From assembly GCA_011939005.1 (NCBI GenBank), contig GCA_011939005.1_4858.1: DNA of 64,000 nucleotides. The stretch is one strand, 5' to 3'. This DNA is from a phage. The position numbers were made by a program, and so were the translations under genes. Shown in pieces: positions 27,270-36,530 of this stretch. The notes beneath the pieces are model-generated. The model had not been told where the DNA came from. It did not search any database and worked only from the letters and a program-made list of their open reading frames with translations. Each line of letters opens with the position of its first letter. The stretch's first letter is position 1.

Positions 27270-27416
27270 TTACTTCTTATTGAAGATGATGTCACCTCCT
27301 AGTCCTTTAATGGTACGGGTGGAAGTCTGCGGTTGGCGGCTAACCTCTTGCAGACGTTGTTGAAAAGCGACATGTTTCAGCTGTTGCTGACGCAGTTGTT
27401 GCATAAAGGTATTCAT
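27270..27416 (-). CDS. small protein (48 aa), tandem paralog B
   Basis: AGAGGT SD; MNTFMQQLRQQQLKHVAFQQRLQEVSRQPQTSTRTIKGLGGDIIFNKK. Confidence 0.45.
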   Translation of the reverse strand: MNTFMQQLRQQQLKHVAFQQRLQEVSRQPQTSTRTIKGLGGDIIFNKK

Positions 27417-27442
27417 GTTAACCTCTAAGTGGATGTGAATAA

Positions 27443-27464
27443 GCTCTCTCCTTCGGGAGAGAGC
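27443..27464 (+). terminator. plus-oriented intrinsic terminator (hairpin followed by T-run on +)
   Basis: stem GCTCTCTCC/GGAGAGAGC with TTCG loop then GCCTTTTATTTTCTTTT; nearest upstream plus-strand gene ends at 26877. Confidence 0.45.
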
Positions 27465-27499
27465 GCCTTTTATTTTCTTTTCGGAAAATAAATATAAAA

Positions 27500-27523
27500 C
27501 CCTCTTACCCGAAGGTAAGAGGG
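27500..27523 (-). terminator. intrinsic terminator hairpin, UUCG loop
   Basis: identical sequence to hairpin 240-263; follows stop of 27530-28390. Confidence 0.5.
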
Positions 27524-27529
27524 GTACTA

Positions 27530-28390
27530 CTACGGTTTATAATCAACTTCGTTGATCTTACCGCAAGCCGGACAAGTAATGTTCATTGTCTGCGAAGTGT
27601 AGCGATGGGTTCTCGGTACGGTAGCGACATGGTTGCGGTTACAGCCGGAACACGTCCAGCCAACCACTGGTGCCTTCGATTGTTTCTGGGCAGGTGTGTC
27701 TTCTTTTAACAATGCGACTACCGCGTGAAATTTACGAAGCTCTGCGTTAACATGCGCTTCCCAGTCGGCGTCCAAACGCGCCGTGAACCAACGTTGAATC
27801 TTCTGGCCAAGTCCGTCTTGATTTTCTTCTTCATGGGACATCACAAACTTGAGATTTGCGCGACCCCATTGCACGACGTTCTCTACTTTAATCCCGTCTA
27901 CGGTGTCGCTGATTGGCGTATAGTTAAAAGTTGGATAGGTGAGATAACAAGCTTCAGCTGTTGCAAAGACAGTATTGCCTTCAAACAGTGCCATGGCCTC
28001 ATCGCCCTTAGCATCCTTCTGTGCGGCTTCCAATCGTGGGCAATGGAAACCTTCAAGTTGTTGGATTTTGGTCGTTAGCGCATTGATACCCTGTAGCACG
28101 GCAATGCGCTTTTTGCTGTCTGTGATCGTCGCCATTACCTTGCACAACGCGCGCGAGATAGCGCTATACATTGACGTTTTGCGGTTTTCATCGAGGAAGC
28201 GCTCTTGCTGCTCCAGGTCGTAAGAAGACAGGCCGTAGCTCTGCCCTTCGACCAACACGACGTAAGTACGACGTTTGTCACGGTCCAGCTGGACAATGGC
28301 CGCATCGGTTAACGGATCGCTAGCCAATACTTCGTGGTCTGGAGGTAGGGGGAAATCTGAACTTTTGATAAAATCAGTAATGCTGTACAT
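27530..28390 (-). CDS. hypothetical protein with C-terminal zinc-ribbon
   Basis: start at ATG 28390 with AAGGA SD; C-terminal CSGC...CPAC (two CxxC pairs). Confidence 0.5.
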   Translation of the reverse strand: MYSITDFIKSSDFPLPPDHEVLASDPLTDAAIVQLDRDKRRTYVVLVEGQSYGLSSYDLEQQERFLDENRKTSMYSAISRALCKVMATITDSKKRIAVLQGINALTTKIQQLEGFHCPRLEAAQKDAKGDEAMALFEGNTVFATAEACYLTYPTFNYTPISDTVDGIKVENVVQWGRANLKFVMSHEEENQDGLGQKIQRWFTARLDADWEAHVNAELRKFHAVVALLKEDTPAQKQSKAPVVGWTCSGCNRNHVATVPRTHRYTSQTMNITCPACGKINEVDYKP

Positions 28391-28394
28391 TTTT

Positions 28395-28811
28395 TTAGTC
28401 CTTAAGAGAGTTAATAAAGTCATCTAAACTAATATCACGGAATGGGAAGTAAACACCTTCAAGCGGAATCGTGTAGTGTTCACTAATGGCACGTTGCCAA
28501 TCCAGAACAGTTGCGGGGTAGTTCACAACCTCAAAGTTAGGATGCGTAATTGGCGGAATTGCGTTGTAAACATAGCCGTTAATATTTTTCGATGGGAACG
28601 CTGCACGGAACTTCGGCTCCATGTAGAACATTTCCTCTTTTACTTCCTGGCCTTCCCAGAAACGATAGCCACCCTTACCGTCAGGAATATAAATCGCCTT
28701 GTCACGGGGTATAGGGGAATCCTTGGATAGCGGAACAAATCGTCCGTACTGGTCAAGGACCATCCAGTCGGTGTCATTCTTTAAATACTTTTGGAGCTTC
28801 TCATTAATCAT
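28395..28811 (-). CDS. hypothetical protein
   Basis: 138-aa ORF. Confidence 0.5.
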   Translation of the reverse strand: MINEKLQKYLKNDTDWMVLDQYGRFVPLSKDSPIPRDKAIYIPDGKGGYRFWEGQEVKEEMFYMEPKFRAAFPSKNINGYVYNAIPPITHPNFEVVNYPATVLDWQRAISEHYTIPLEGVYFPFRDISLDDFINSLKD

Positions 28812-28836
28812 TTTTCACGTTCCTTAGGCAAAAAAT

Positions 28837-28858
28837 AATACCACCCGTAGGTGGTATT
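28837..28858 (-). terminator. intrinsic terminator hairpin
   Basis: stem AATACCACC/GGTGGTATT with CGTA loop; A-run 28829-28836 on +; follows stop of 28871-29059. Confidence 0.45.
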
Positions 28859-28870
28859 AAATTAGCTATA

Positions 28871-29059
28871 CTACTTCTTCCCGAGTTCCCCACGGAACTT
28901 CGCCAGCTCTTCTTTCCAGTCCGGCTTCGGTAGTGCGCTTTTCGGCCCCACGATAAATGTGCGTTCTGAGGTTTGCGGATTCACCTCTACTGCTTCATTA
29001 TCTTCCACTTCACGAAGCACGATTCCGTTTTTACCATCGTAATTAACTAAAACACCCAT
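28871..29059 (-). CDS. hypothetical small protein
   Basis: 62-aa ORF; start overlaps upstream stop. Confidence 0.4.
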   Translation of the reverse strand: MGVLVNYDGKNGIVLREVEDNEAVEVNPQTSERTFIVGPKSALPKPDWKEELAKFRGELGKK

Positions 29060-29241
29060 TAGTAAATCTCCTGCTGCATTGGAAACACATTACCTGTCGG
29101 TGAGACGAGTAAGACTTGTGCGGTAACGTGAACGATTTCTTCTTCGTCCTGACGACGAACACTGTTAGTGAGATTATCCCACTCACGTTTAACACGCGGG
29201 TGAGATAAGAACTCGGCAAACTGCGCATCAGAAAAGTCCAT
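29059..29241 (-). CDS. hypothetical small protein
   Basis: start set at ATG 29241 (MDFSDAQ...), overlapping the upstream stop as TAATG. Confidence 0.35.
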   Translation of the reverse strand: MDFSDAQFAEFLSHPRVKREWDNLTNSVRRQDEEEIVHVTAQVLLVSPTGNVFPMQQEIY

Positions 29242-29384
29242 TAGCCGCGACCTGTACACATGGCAACAGAGTTACCGTTATCGATGCACTTGTTGTAATC
29301 TTGAGTTACAGTGATAGACAGTACCGCGAAAGCAACAACAGCAACGATGGCGAAGATGGCACGTTTATGGTTACGAGTTAACAT
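29241..29384 (-). CDS. small hydrophobic membrane peptide (47 aa)
   Basis: ATG 29384 preceded by conserved leader ...CTAAAGGAGTATTACC; single hydrophobic helix AIFAIVAVVAFAVLSITV; below ORF-track length cutoff. Confidence 0.35.
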   Translation of the reverse strand: MLTRNHKRAIFAIVAVVAFAVLSITVTQDYNKCIDNGNSVAMCTGRG

Positions 29385-29436
29385 GGTAATACTCCTTTAG
29401 ATTAATAGTCGATTGTGTTGATAGATTGTCTTCTAT

Positions 29437-29461
29437 CACCTAGGTAATATATATCTGAAAT
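29437..29461 (-). promoter_or_regulatory. early-type promoter motif TTTCAGATATATATTACCTAGGTGA (copy 2)
   Basis: 25-nt motif, identical to 37940-37964 and 1 nt different from 159-183. Confidence 0.5.
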
Positions 29462-29480
29462 TATTTTTATTCAGAGTACA

Positions 29481-29532
29481 CCCTCTATAACGCTCTCAAA
29501 CGCGTTTTGAGAGCTTTTATCACTATAGAGGG
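29481..29532 (-). other. nested palindromic stem-loop element
   Basis: outer 9-bp stem CCCTCTATA/TATAGAGGG enclosing inner 8-bp hairpin CTCTCAAA-CGCG-TTTGAGAG; lies between terminator 29597-29619 and promoter 29437-29461. Confidence 0.35.
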
Positions 29533-29596
29533 TCGTTCTACCGTTAGAGAGGCTTTAGAAGGTTGTGAGTGCGTTTAGAGGGCTAAAATAAAGAGA

Positions 29597-29619
29597 CCTG
29601 GTCTCACAAGGAGACCAGG
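29597..29619 (-). terminator. intrinsic terminator hairpin
   Basis: stem CCTGGTCTC/GAGACCAGG with ACAAG loop; A-rich 29584-29594 on +; follows stop of 29627-30424. Confidence 0.5.
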
Positions 29620-29626
29620 CACACTT

Positions 29627-30424
29627 TTACATCAAATCCAGGCTCTGTGAGACCGCAACTTCCGGTTCACTGATGCCGCTGGTCACTGACAATGTAAAGC
29701 GACGATCGTTAATCACTTCAACTGCTTCGCTCGCACGCAGTGAATACTTGTCGGCGATTGGCAGTACACTGTTATCGTTCTGTGGCGGCAGAATCTGCGC
29801 CGGGAACGGAATGTACGAGTTGAAAGTGATATACGGACCGACTTGCATCATCGGGAACACTTCGTTCACGTTATTCGACATCCCTTCATCCGAAGAGATA
29901 ACGGAGTGACGCAGACAGGCACGCAAGCCAACGGTGTACTCCGGATCGCGCGATTCGCCGATCAGTGCGAAACGGAACACATTGAAATCGTAGTCGTCTG
30001 CAGCGAAGTGTTCTGGCAGGATACGCTGTACGTATTCAGGGTAAGTGGTCACGTCACCCGGAATAACATTCACGGCGAGTTTCTGTGCCAGGAAATACGC
30101 ATTCGCGAAACCATACTGACCCGCCAGCGCGGCTGAAATCGGTGCTGTGGTTACGCAGTGCAGGAATAAGTGATAACCCAGCCCGCCTTTATCTTCGATT
30201 GCCAGGTCCTTCTTACTCTGCACACCGTCAGCAGTATAAATAACTGCTACTGTCTTATCCAACGTCGACGCCATGACAAAATCCAACTGCACCTCACCGC
30301 TCTGCGGTAGTACCTTAACCAGGCGATCCCAGAGCTTGGTCGGTTTGGTGAAGTTAGCGGCTTCATACGCGTCAATGTCGAGAACAGTTTGGCCGGTCAT
30401 GCGAAAGGTGTGAATCGCTTTCAT
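29627..30424 (-). CDS. hypothetical protein, possible structural protein
   Basis: 265-aa ORF with AAGGAAAA SD. Confidence 0.5.
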   Translation of the reverse strand: MKAIHTFRMTGQTVLDIDAYEAANFTKPTKLWDRLVKVLPQSGEVQLDFVMASTLDKTVAVIYTADGVQSKKDLAIEDKGGLGYHLFLHCVTTAPISAALAGQYGFANAYFLAQKLAVNVIPGDVTTYPEYVQRILPEHFAADDYDFNVFRFALIGESRDPEYTVGLRACLRHSVISSDEGMSNNVNEVFPMMQVGPYITFNSYIPFPAQILPPQNDNSVLPIADKYSLRASEAVEVINDRRFTLSVTSGISEPEVAVSQSLDLM

Positions 30425-30467
30425 TGCAATATTTTCCTTAAGGTTACTTACGGGTCATACTAGATGA

Positions 30468-31781
30468 CTAAGCTGTAAATTTTTCATCTTTGAGCCAAAG
30501 GCTCAGTTGTGATTGGGTGTTATAGCGTCCCGATGCCATCGTTTGACCGTCGATAGCAGACTGGAACACCTCCCCCACCAACGTGCCGTAGCGGGTATAG
30601 ACCCCATACTCGTTGGCAAAAACGTATTTTACTGGCATACCGGGATATAGGATACCGTGCGTTGAACGGTTCCAGGTTGTTTGCACAATCGTACCCAGAC
30701 TCATCTCTAGTTTAGACCGCTGTGGTTTATCGGTATCACTAAAGTGTTTATCAGGATCGATGGGTGCGTTAACTACGCCACCGGGATACGCAGCAGGGTC
30801 AGCCTGTGCCACAAATTTATCAGGTGTGGTCATACTGATGTCGCCAGGCGTAAATGAACTACTACGCCCATCCAACACACGTACAGACCCTACCCGGTAA
30901 CCCGTACCCTGGTTAAGCGCAGTCTGGTCACGGTATTCCAAACTACTGGTGTCGCCGCCACAAATCAGATAGATAACATTACCCGCGATATCGGTGGTGC
31001 GGTCAATGTGAGCAGCCTGTTCACGAGGCAAGTTATAAATGACCAGTTTAGGCTTAGTTGTGTTATTAAACTTCAACGAGTCCCAAGGTCGATACAGATA
31101 CCAACGTTGTAGGTATTGGAAGACTCCAATACCTTTGCTGTAAACACCGTAGTGGTTCTGCAGATAATCAAACACGCTTAAGAAGTCTTCGGAGTCTGGT
31201 ATAACGATGTCCCGATATGCCTGCTGTTCTTCTTCATCGTATTCAATCCCTTTCAACTGCCCCTCTGCAGCCACCCCTTCCGGCAACGTATCCGCCAATA
31301 TCGAGCGAGCCACTGTTAACCCATCTGTTTCGTGGTAGATGCCGCCCACTTGACGATTACGCAGGAACCACATCGACTCATCCATCAGCTCCAATGTTAC
31401 CAAAGCGATAGATTTCTCATCAGACTGACTCAAGAACATCGTCGGTGTTTCCGCGTTGTGGTCGCGGTTATTTATCACGATGCCGCGGTAGTTAAAGACC
31501 CCCGCGATTTTCTGTCCACGACGCAATAACAGCTTTACCTTCAAATCCCCTTCTGCGGACGACGTGATCATTCGCATGTGGCTGTAGGGGATAGCCAAGG
31601 TGAGATGTGTCAACAAACAGATATCACGCGTAAAGTGACCGGTGTGAATAATAGACAACATCTTCAACACCGTCACTGGGGCACCGTGCACCGTGAGGAA
31701 TATCCCGTAGTCGATAGCCGGTAACCCCCGAGCATTAGCGATGTGACCGTTCGCCATCTGTTGTAACCGACCAAACGACAT
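30468..31781 (-). CDS. hypothetical protein, possible structural protein
   Basis: 437-aa ORF with GAGGAGGT SD; TAATG overlap with upstream gene. Confidence 0.5.
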   Translation of the reverse strand: MSFGRLQQMANGHIANARGLPAIDYGIFLTVHGAPVTVLKMLSIIHTGHFTRDICLLTHLTLAIPYSHMRMITSSAEGDLKVKLLLRRGQKIAGVFNYRGIVINNRDHNAETPTMFLSQSDEKSIALVTLELMDESMWFLRNRQVGGIYHETDGLTVARSILADTLPEGVAAEGQLKGIEYDEEEQQAYRDIVIPDSEDFLSVFDYLQNHYGVYSKGIGVFQYLQRWYLYRPWDSLKFNNTTKPKLVIYNLPREQAAHIDRTTDIAGNVIYLICGGDTSSLEYRDQTALNQGTGYRVGSVRVLDGRSSSFTPGDISMTTPDKFVAQADPAAYPGGVVNAPIDPDKHFSDTDKPQRSKLEMSLGTIVQTTWNRSTHGILYPGMPVKYVFANEYGVYTRYGTLVGEVFQSAIDGQTMASGRYNTQSQLSLWLKDEKFTA

Positions 31782-32320
31782 TAGCGACCTCCTCGGGCTC
31801 TATAAGCGTACTCAATACGTTTCATAATCGTATCATTAAAACGGTGGAGTTTAGACTCCAGGCGGACCTGTCCAAATAACGACTGAACACAGTCCGCCAT
31901 CGTTGCGGTGGGTTTCTTGAAATACCCGTAGCGGTTAGCCACAGGAAACAGTTTCGAAGCCAGCACATTGAACTGACGCAACCCTTCGATAGGGACTTCC
32001 CGGTAAATCAGCGTCGGGTTCTCCAGATAGTTCAGCCAGTCCGCAAGGTGTTCCATAATCCACCCGTACACTTTAATCCCGTCATGCGGGTCGTGTACAT
32101 CTAACGCACCACCGGTCGCTAAATACTCAGCAGCTTCCGAGGGGTGCAGATAGATAGGCTTCATGTTCAGTAACAACGCTTGTCGTTTCTTCGGGTCTTC
32201 TGGCAAGAACAATCCGTGTTCCTGACTGGCGTAGGTTGTGATGGTTGCGTATTCCGGTACCCGGAAGAACACCCACGCTTTAAACAGCATAAATGCTGCA
32301 CTGCGCTTCTTCTCCGACAT
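31781..32320 (-). CDS. hypothetical protein
   Basis: 179-aa ORF with GAGGTAGTA SD. Confidence 0.5.
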   Translation of the reverse strand: MSEKKRSAAFMLFKAWVFFRVPEYATITTYASQEHGLFLPEDPKKRQALLLNMKPIYLHPSEAAEYLATGGALDVHDPHDGIKVYGWIMEHLADWLNYLENPTLIYREVPIEGLRQFNVLASKLFPVANRYGYFKKPTATMADCVQSLFGQVRLESKLHRFNDTIMKRIEYAYRARGGR

Positions 32321-32322
32321 TA

Positions 32323-33678
32323 CTACCTCGCGTATTTCAAAATCACGTAGACCATCGGGACGTAATAGAACTGACTGTCCTTCGGTAAAGCCAGCACCAA
32401 TTCTGCTAAACGTGCAGCCACTTCACTAGGTACTGGTTGTTTGTTCAGATACAGGTACAAACAATGCTCCAGAACCGAGCTGTACGAGCCGCTATAGAAC
32501 GTTTCGCTTAACAGGTAGGGTTTATACGTCAACGGCAGAAAAGCCACCATATCCTCGCCTGCGTTGCCCTGATACTCAGGGAACATAACCGGTTCGAATG
32601 CTTCGAACTCTGGCCACTCCCCATCGTACGTTGCCAACTGACGAATCTGTGATGTAAAGTAACGCGTCGAACTGAACTGTGACCATGCAATAGTGTTGCG
32701 GGTCTGCATCGTTCTGAATGTGCGCGGGTTAACTGCGCTGCATTCTTTCTCGACGTACGGTAGCAGTTCTGGCTGTTGATTTAACAACACCGTGAACAGT
32801 GTTTCGATATCCTGCACAGGTTTCGGCGGGTGTGGGTAAATACGGATATCTTTACCAACGGTTCGAAGACCAATAGCCTTCACAAACATCGCCAAGAAGA
32901 CGTCGTAGTAGCCACCTGCCTTTAACCCGTCGAGTTTCCAGTCGCGTGGATAAGCAAGGGTTTCTAAACTGGTATCGTAGAAACGGCGAACAAACGTCGT
33001 CTCAATGTCCTTAATGCGGTCTCCCAGCTCCAGGAACGTACGATACTCGTTGGGGGTCAGTAAGGTATCACCACCGGTCCACGCGCGCTCACGGACGTAA
33101 TGGAGCGTTCTCACAGTGCACAGACGAATCGTCTCTGCAATCTGCGGTGTAATCTCGTACAACATCGTGTAACGTATCTGGTACGTTGCAATTTTGTTGT
33201 TCGACATTCGGGTAACGGCAGTGATGTTAAACAGTCCGTGTCGATGGTCGCCTATCGGCGCAACAAAGAAGTCACCCTCGTTCGGTGTAATCGATGCTAC
33301 CAGGGTCGACGTCCCGGTCAGTTCGAAAGTCTTACGTTGTTCGTCCTGCGTACGGTCGAGCGGTGCGTTAACACGTAATGACAGATTAACAATCTTAAGC
33401 AGCTGTTGCGTAGGGCTGTCATTCTGAGTATCGAACATCGTCTTCGGATCGTTGCGACCCGACAACGCGTGATAAAAATCAACCGGCCATTCAGAACCTT
33501 CGTTGTATTGCAGGAGATACTGTTTCGGAATCCTGTCGAAGTCCGTTACCGTGGTGCGGGTTGGAATCGTTACCAAGTTGCTGGCTTCTTTTACCCCGTC
33601 CTGCGGTTTATTGATAATCGGAATCTCAGGTTCAACAGGAACGAATTTAGTATCACCCCTCTTGTTCGCCTTGAGCAT
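32323..33678 (-). CDS. hypothetical protein, possible structural protein
   Basis: 451-aa ORF with GAGGAG SD. Confidence 0.5.
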   Translation of the reverse strand: MLKANKRGDTKFVPVEPEIPIINKPQDGVKEASNLVTIPTRTTVTDFDRIPKQYLLQYNEGSEWPVDFYHALSGRNDPKTMFDTQNDSPTQQLLKIVNLSLRVNAPLDRTQDEQRKTFELTGTSTLVASITPNEGDFFVAPIGDHRHGLFNITAVTRMSNNKIATYQIRYTMLYEITPQIAETIRLCTVRTLHYVRERAWTGGDTLLTPNEYRTFLELGDRIKDIETTFVRRFYDTSLETLAYPRDWKLDGLKAGGYYDVFLAMFVKAIGLRTVGKDIRIYPHPPKPVQDIETLFTVLLNQQPELLPYVEKECSAVNPRTFRTMQTRNTIAWSQFSSTRYFTSQIRQLATYDGEWPEFEAFEPVMFPEYQGNAGEDMVAFLPLTYKPYLLSETFYSGSYSSVLEHCLYLYLNKQPVPSEVAARLAELVLALPKDSQFYYVPMVYVILKYAR

Positions 33679-35155
33679 TATCGGCTCCTCTGATGGCTAT
33701 AATCGTGGTATTAAATTGCGTCAACAGGACACGGCGATAGAACTTCGTGATTTCATCAATCACACTTGGTGGTAACACAGGTTTATCCCACCACCAATCC
33801 GGGCAATCCCAATCTGGGAATAACCACTCAATAAGCACTTTTGCCGCTTTTGGATAAAGATGCAGTGGCCATAAGTCCATATTACGCCAGTCGTGTATTG
33901 CCGACTCTGTTAAGTAGTACGCTTTCTCGACATGAACTTCACGGTTACGTAGCGAGAAGACACCGTTTTCCCAATGGTAGAAACGTGGTTCAATGATTTG
34001 ACCATTCTCGAACAATTCCATACGGATAATGCCCGTCTGACCTGTCGGGTCTATCGTGCGACAGTGCTCGATATAAGGAACCACGTCGGCATTCCAGACA
34101 TACGGTAAATCATCGATACTACAAACCTCAGGGTCGATCATGTTTTCTTCACCGAAGGCTACATCGGTGCCGAACACATGCAGAAGCTTTGCTTTTAGCG
34201 GCGAGTGTGTACGTTCGAACTGTTCTGTCGGTGACAGCAGATACGGTAGGCGTAAGAACTGGCGAGATTCATTAATCCACCAAGTGCCGTCAAGGTTCTT
34301 TTGCTGTTGGTGACGTTGCACGCCCTCTTCATTACTCACAAACGGTGGGTCTATCTCAGGCCACCATTCATCAGGCAACGGTGTCTGGTTGATAATGTAC
34401 GGGTAGGTAATCACCACCTCTTCGGGTCGCTGATACGAGAAGCGTATAACGAAGCTGGTCTCGTAATGGTTTTCGTCGTTATCCCAGGTAGGAGAGATAA
34501 CATCGTAAACCGTCTCGATACGGGTTGGTGCATAACGCACCGCTAAGACATTCTGGCCACCGGCGACATTGCCTGTGGTGAAAACGTCGGGTGTGAAATG
34601 TGCCTTTAGATAGGCTTTAAAGTCATCGTATTTCGGCACACGGGTCCCTGCGGCGATATAGCATTCGTTCAATAGCTTAAGCGCAGGTTTTGGAATCAAG
34701 TAATACGCTTCGGATTCTGTCATGGTCGAATAGCGACCCATGTCGATAAGTGAATCCAGGCGGTTCGCCCAACGTAACAATTCGTCACGCGATGGGCCGA
34801 CACGCCGTAGCGTGATAGTCACGTTATACATTACGCGGACAGGAGCGGCGCGTACTTGGTCTTCGGGGTTATGGAAGAATGGAATCTCTGCCGCTAACCC
34901 AACTTGACGGTTAATGCGTGCGCGTTCATCACGTTCTTCTTCCACTTCGACGTAGACACGGTTCGGTGCTGAATAGTCCACCGGTGTCTCATCGCCGAGC
35001 GTAGAGCCTGGCTGATGGGCGGTGTTGAAGCTATCCGTGAAAACAACACTGGCACGTTCAATACCAGATTCGTTTAGCACACGTTCTACGACGCCGTCGA
35101 CCACAGCTTTGCGCATGGTCTTGTCCAACGATGGAATTTCAAAATACTGTTGCAT
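33653..35155 (-). CDS. hypothetical protein, possible structural protein
   Basis: 500-aa ORF with GAGGGACAG SD; 26-nt overlap with downstream gene. Confidence 0.5.
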   Translation of the reverse strand: MQQYFEIPSLDKTMRKAVVDGVVERVLNESGIERASVVFTDSFNTAHQPGSTLGDETPVDYSAPNRVYVEVEEERDERARINRQVGLAAEIPFFHNPEDQVRAAPVRVMYNVTITLRRVGPSRDELLRWANRLDSLIDMGRYSTMTESEAYYLIPKPALKLLNECYIAAGTRVPKYDDFKAYLKAHFTPDVFTTGNVAGGQNVLAVRYAPTRIETVYDVISPTWDNDENHYETSFVIRFSYQRPEEVVITYPYIINQTPLPDEWWPEIDPPFVSNEEGVQRHQQQKNLDGTWWINESRQFLRLPYLLSPTEQFERTHSPLKAKLLHVFGTDVAFGEENMIDPEVCSIDDLPYVWNADVVPYIEHCRTIDPTGQTGIIRMELFENGQIIEPRFYHWENGVFSLRNREVHVEKAYYLTESAIHDWRNMDLWPLHLYPKAAKVLIEWLFPDWDCPDWWWDKPVLPPSVIDEITKFYRRVLLTQFNTTIIAIRGADNAQGEQEG

Positions 35156-35204
35156 TAGCTGTCCCTCGTTGTAGTCATATCACTGGCCTAAAACGCAAAA
35201 AAAA

Positions 35205-35227
35205 GAAAGGGAGCCGAAACTCCCTTC
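35205..35227 (-). terminator. intrinsic terminator hairpin
   Basis: stem AGGGAG/CTCCCT with CCGAAA loop; A-run 35196-35204 on +; follows stop of 35233-35562. Confidence 0.45.
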
Positions 35228-35232
35228 GTGTT

Positions 35233-35562
35233 TTAGTGGGCCAGCCAAGCCAGCTGCCACTTCTTACATTTTATTCCGCTGTGCCCAACCGGATTGCGGA
35301 TAATGTCCATCGTTTGCCCGACAACGAATTCAATCATCTTGTCTGATAGCATTTTACCCATCGCGATAGAGAGGGCCGTAATTTGATCAGGGTCATCGAT
35401 GTACGCATAGACCGGCTCATTACTGCCGAAGATAAGATAGAAGGAACCCTCGCACACCACGATTGAGGTCAGTGGCACGATACACCCGGTATACTCTCTC
35501 GCCAGTTCAGCCGCTTTTGGGGTTACTTCCATCACGTAACCCTTAACAGATTTCTTTTCCAC
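35233..35562 (-). CDS. hypothetical protein
   Basis: ORF begins with GTG at 35562 (GGAG SD) right after DHFR stop; alternative ATG at 35532 with AAGGG SD. Confidence 0.4.
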   Translation of the reverse strand: MEKKSVKGYVMEVTPKAAELAREYTGCIVPLTSIVVCEGSFYLIFGSNEPVYAYIDDPDQITALSIAMGKMLSDKMIEFVVGQTMDIIRNPVGHSGIKCKKWQLAWLAH

Positions 35563-35563
35563 T

Positions 35564-36115
35564 TTAAACTCCAGCGATACGATTTAAAATTTGATACGTC
35601 CAACGGTGCGTGTGTTTCTGGCCGTCGGGTAAATGGGTCATGGTGTAGTCGACTTGAAAAACATCTCTGTCGATTTCTGGGAAGAAAGCATCTGCACCTT
35701 CAACGGCAATGTCAATACGCGATAGATAAATACGATCCGCACGAGCGAGGGTTTGTTGATAAACTGATGCGCCACCAATAATCATCACCTCTTGCTCTTT
35801 TCCGGTATCTTTCTCGATACGTTCCAGAGCTTTGATGGCTAAATCAATACTCGTGTGAAACGTCACCAAACGCATGTCCGTGTGTTCTTCCCGGCCACTG
35901 ATATACCCTTCTGGGTTACGAGTAACAATTAAGTTGCCGCGGTTAGGCAAAGGACGACAACCTAACGATTCCCAGGTCTTACTGCCCATGATAACGTTCT
36001 TCCCTGTGGTGATTGCCTTAAAGTTAGCCAGGTCGGCAGGCAGACGCCACGGCAGTTCATTGTTTTTACCGATGGCGTTGTTGCGGTCCATCGCGACGAT
36101 AATAGAGAGTTTCAC
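35564..36115 (-). CDS. frd: dihydrofolate reductase
   Basis: IIVAMDRNNAIGKNNELPWRLPADLANFKAITTGKNVIMGSKTWESLG..RPLPNRGNLIVTR and IIGGASVY match the DHFR signature regions closely. Confidence 0.85.
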   Translation of the reverse strand: MKLSIIVAMDRNNAIGKNNELPWRLPADLANFKAITTGKNVIMGSKTWESLGCRPLPNRGNLIVTRNPEGYISGREEHTDMRLVTFHTSIDLAIKALERIEKDTGKEQEVMIIGGASVYQQTLARADRIYLSRIDIAVEGADAFFPEIDRDVFQVDYTMTHLPDGQKHTHRWTYQILNRIAGV

Positions 36116-36483
36116 GGTTTGCTCCTACGGGCTTTAGATAATTCTTTCATTGCGTGGCGTAAATGGCGACTAAATTCAAGACGGCTATACGAGAATGTCA
36201 CCGGATAGTCCAGAATCACCGACAGTGATACCGTTCTGGCATCCACATCGACCAACAGACTGTTCGTACAGCAACCTGCAAACATCCCACTACCAACCAA
36301 CGGCCTCTTAAGCCTAATAGTTAGCGTACCAAGCCATTCTCTGTCGCCGAGCAGCAACAAGGCCTCTGCCAGGTCTTCTTCAACTACCGCTAGACAGTAT
36401 TCGTCATCTCGTACACGGAGGCGAATCTGCGGTTCTACGTTTGCGGTTTCTGGCGTCATCTCAAATTTAAATTTATCGGTCAT
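36112..36483 (-). CDS. hypothetical protein
   Basis: ORF with ATG 36483 (GTG 36486); its stop overlaps the DHFR start. Confidence 0.45.
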   Translation of the reverse strand: MTDKFKFEMTPETANVEPQIRLRVRDDEYCLAVVEEDLAEALLLLGDREWLGTLTIRLKRPLVGSGMFAGCCTNSLLVDVDARTVSLSVILDYPVTFSYSRLEFSRHLRHAMKELSKARRSKP

Positions 36484-36501
36484 CACACAATCCCAAAAAA
36501 G

Positions 36502-36524
36502 AAGGTGGCATGTTAGGCCACCTT
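36502..36524 (-). terminator. intrinsic terminator hairpin
   Basis: stem AAGGTGGC/GCCACCTT; A-run 36495-36501 on +; follows stop of 36531-37076. Confidence 0.45.
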
Positions 36525-36530
36525 ATTAAA

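Noticed and set aside
27011-27295. 94-aa minus-strand ORF from the track
   Set aside because: It fuses a 48-aa gene (ATG 27157 with AGGAGG SD) to upstream non-coding sequence that contains a terminator hairpin; the shorter call is preferred.
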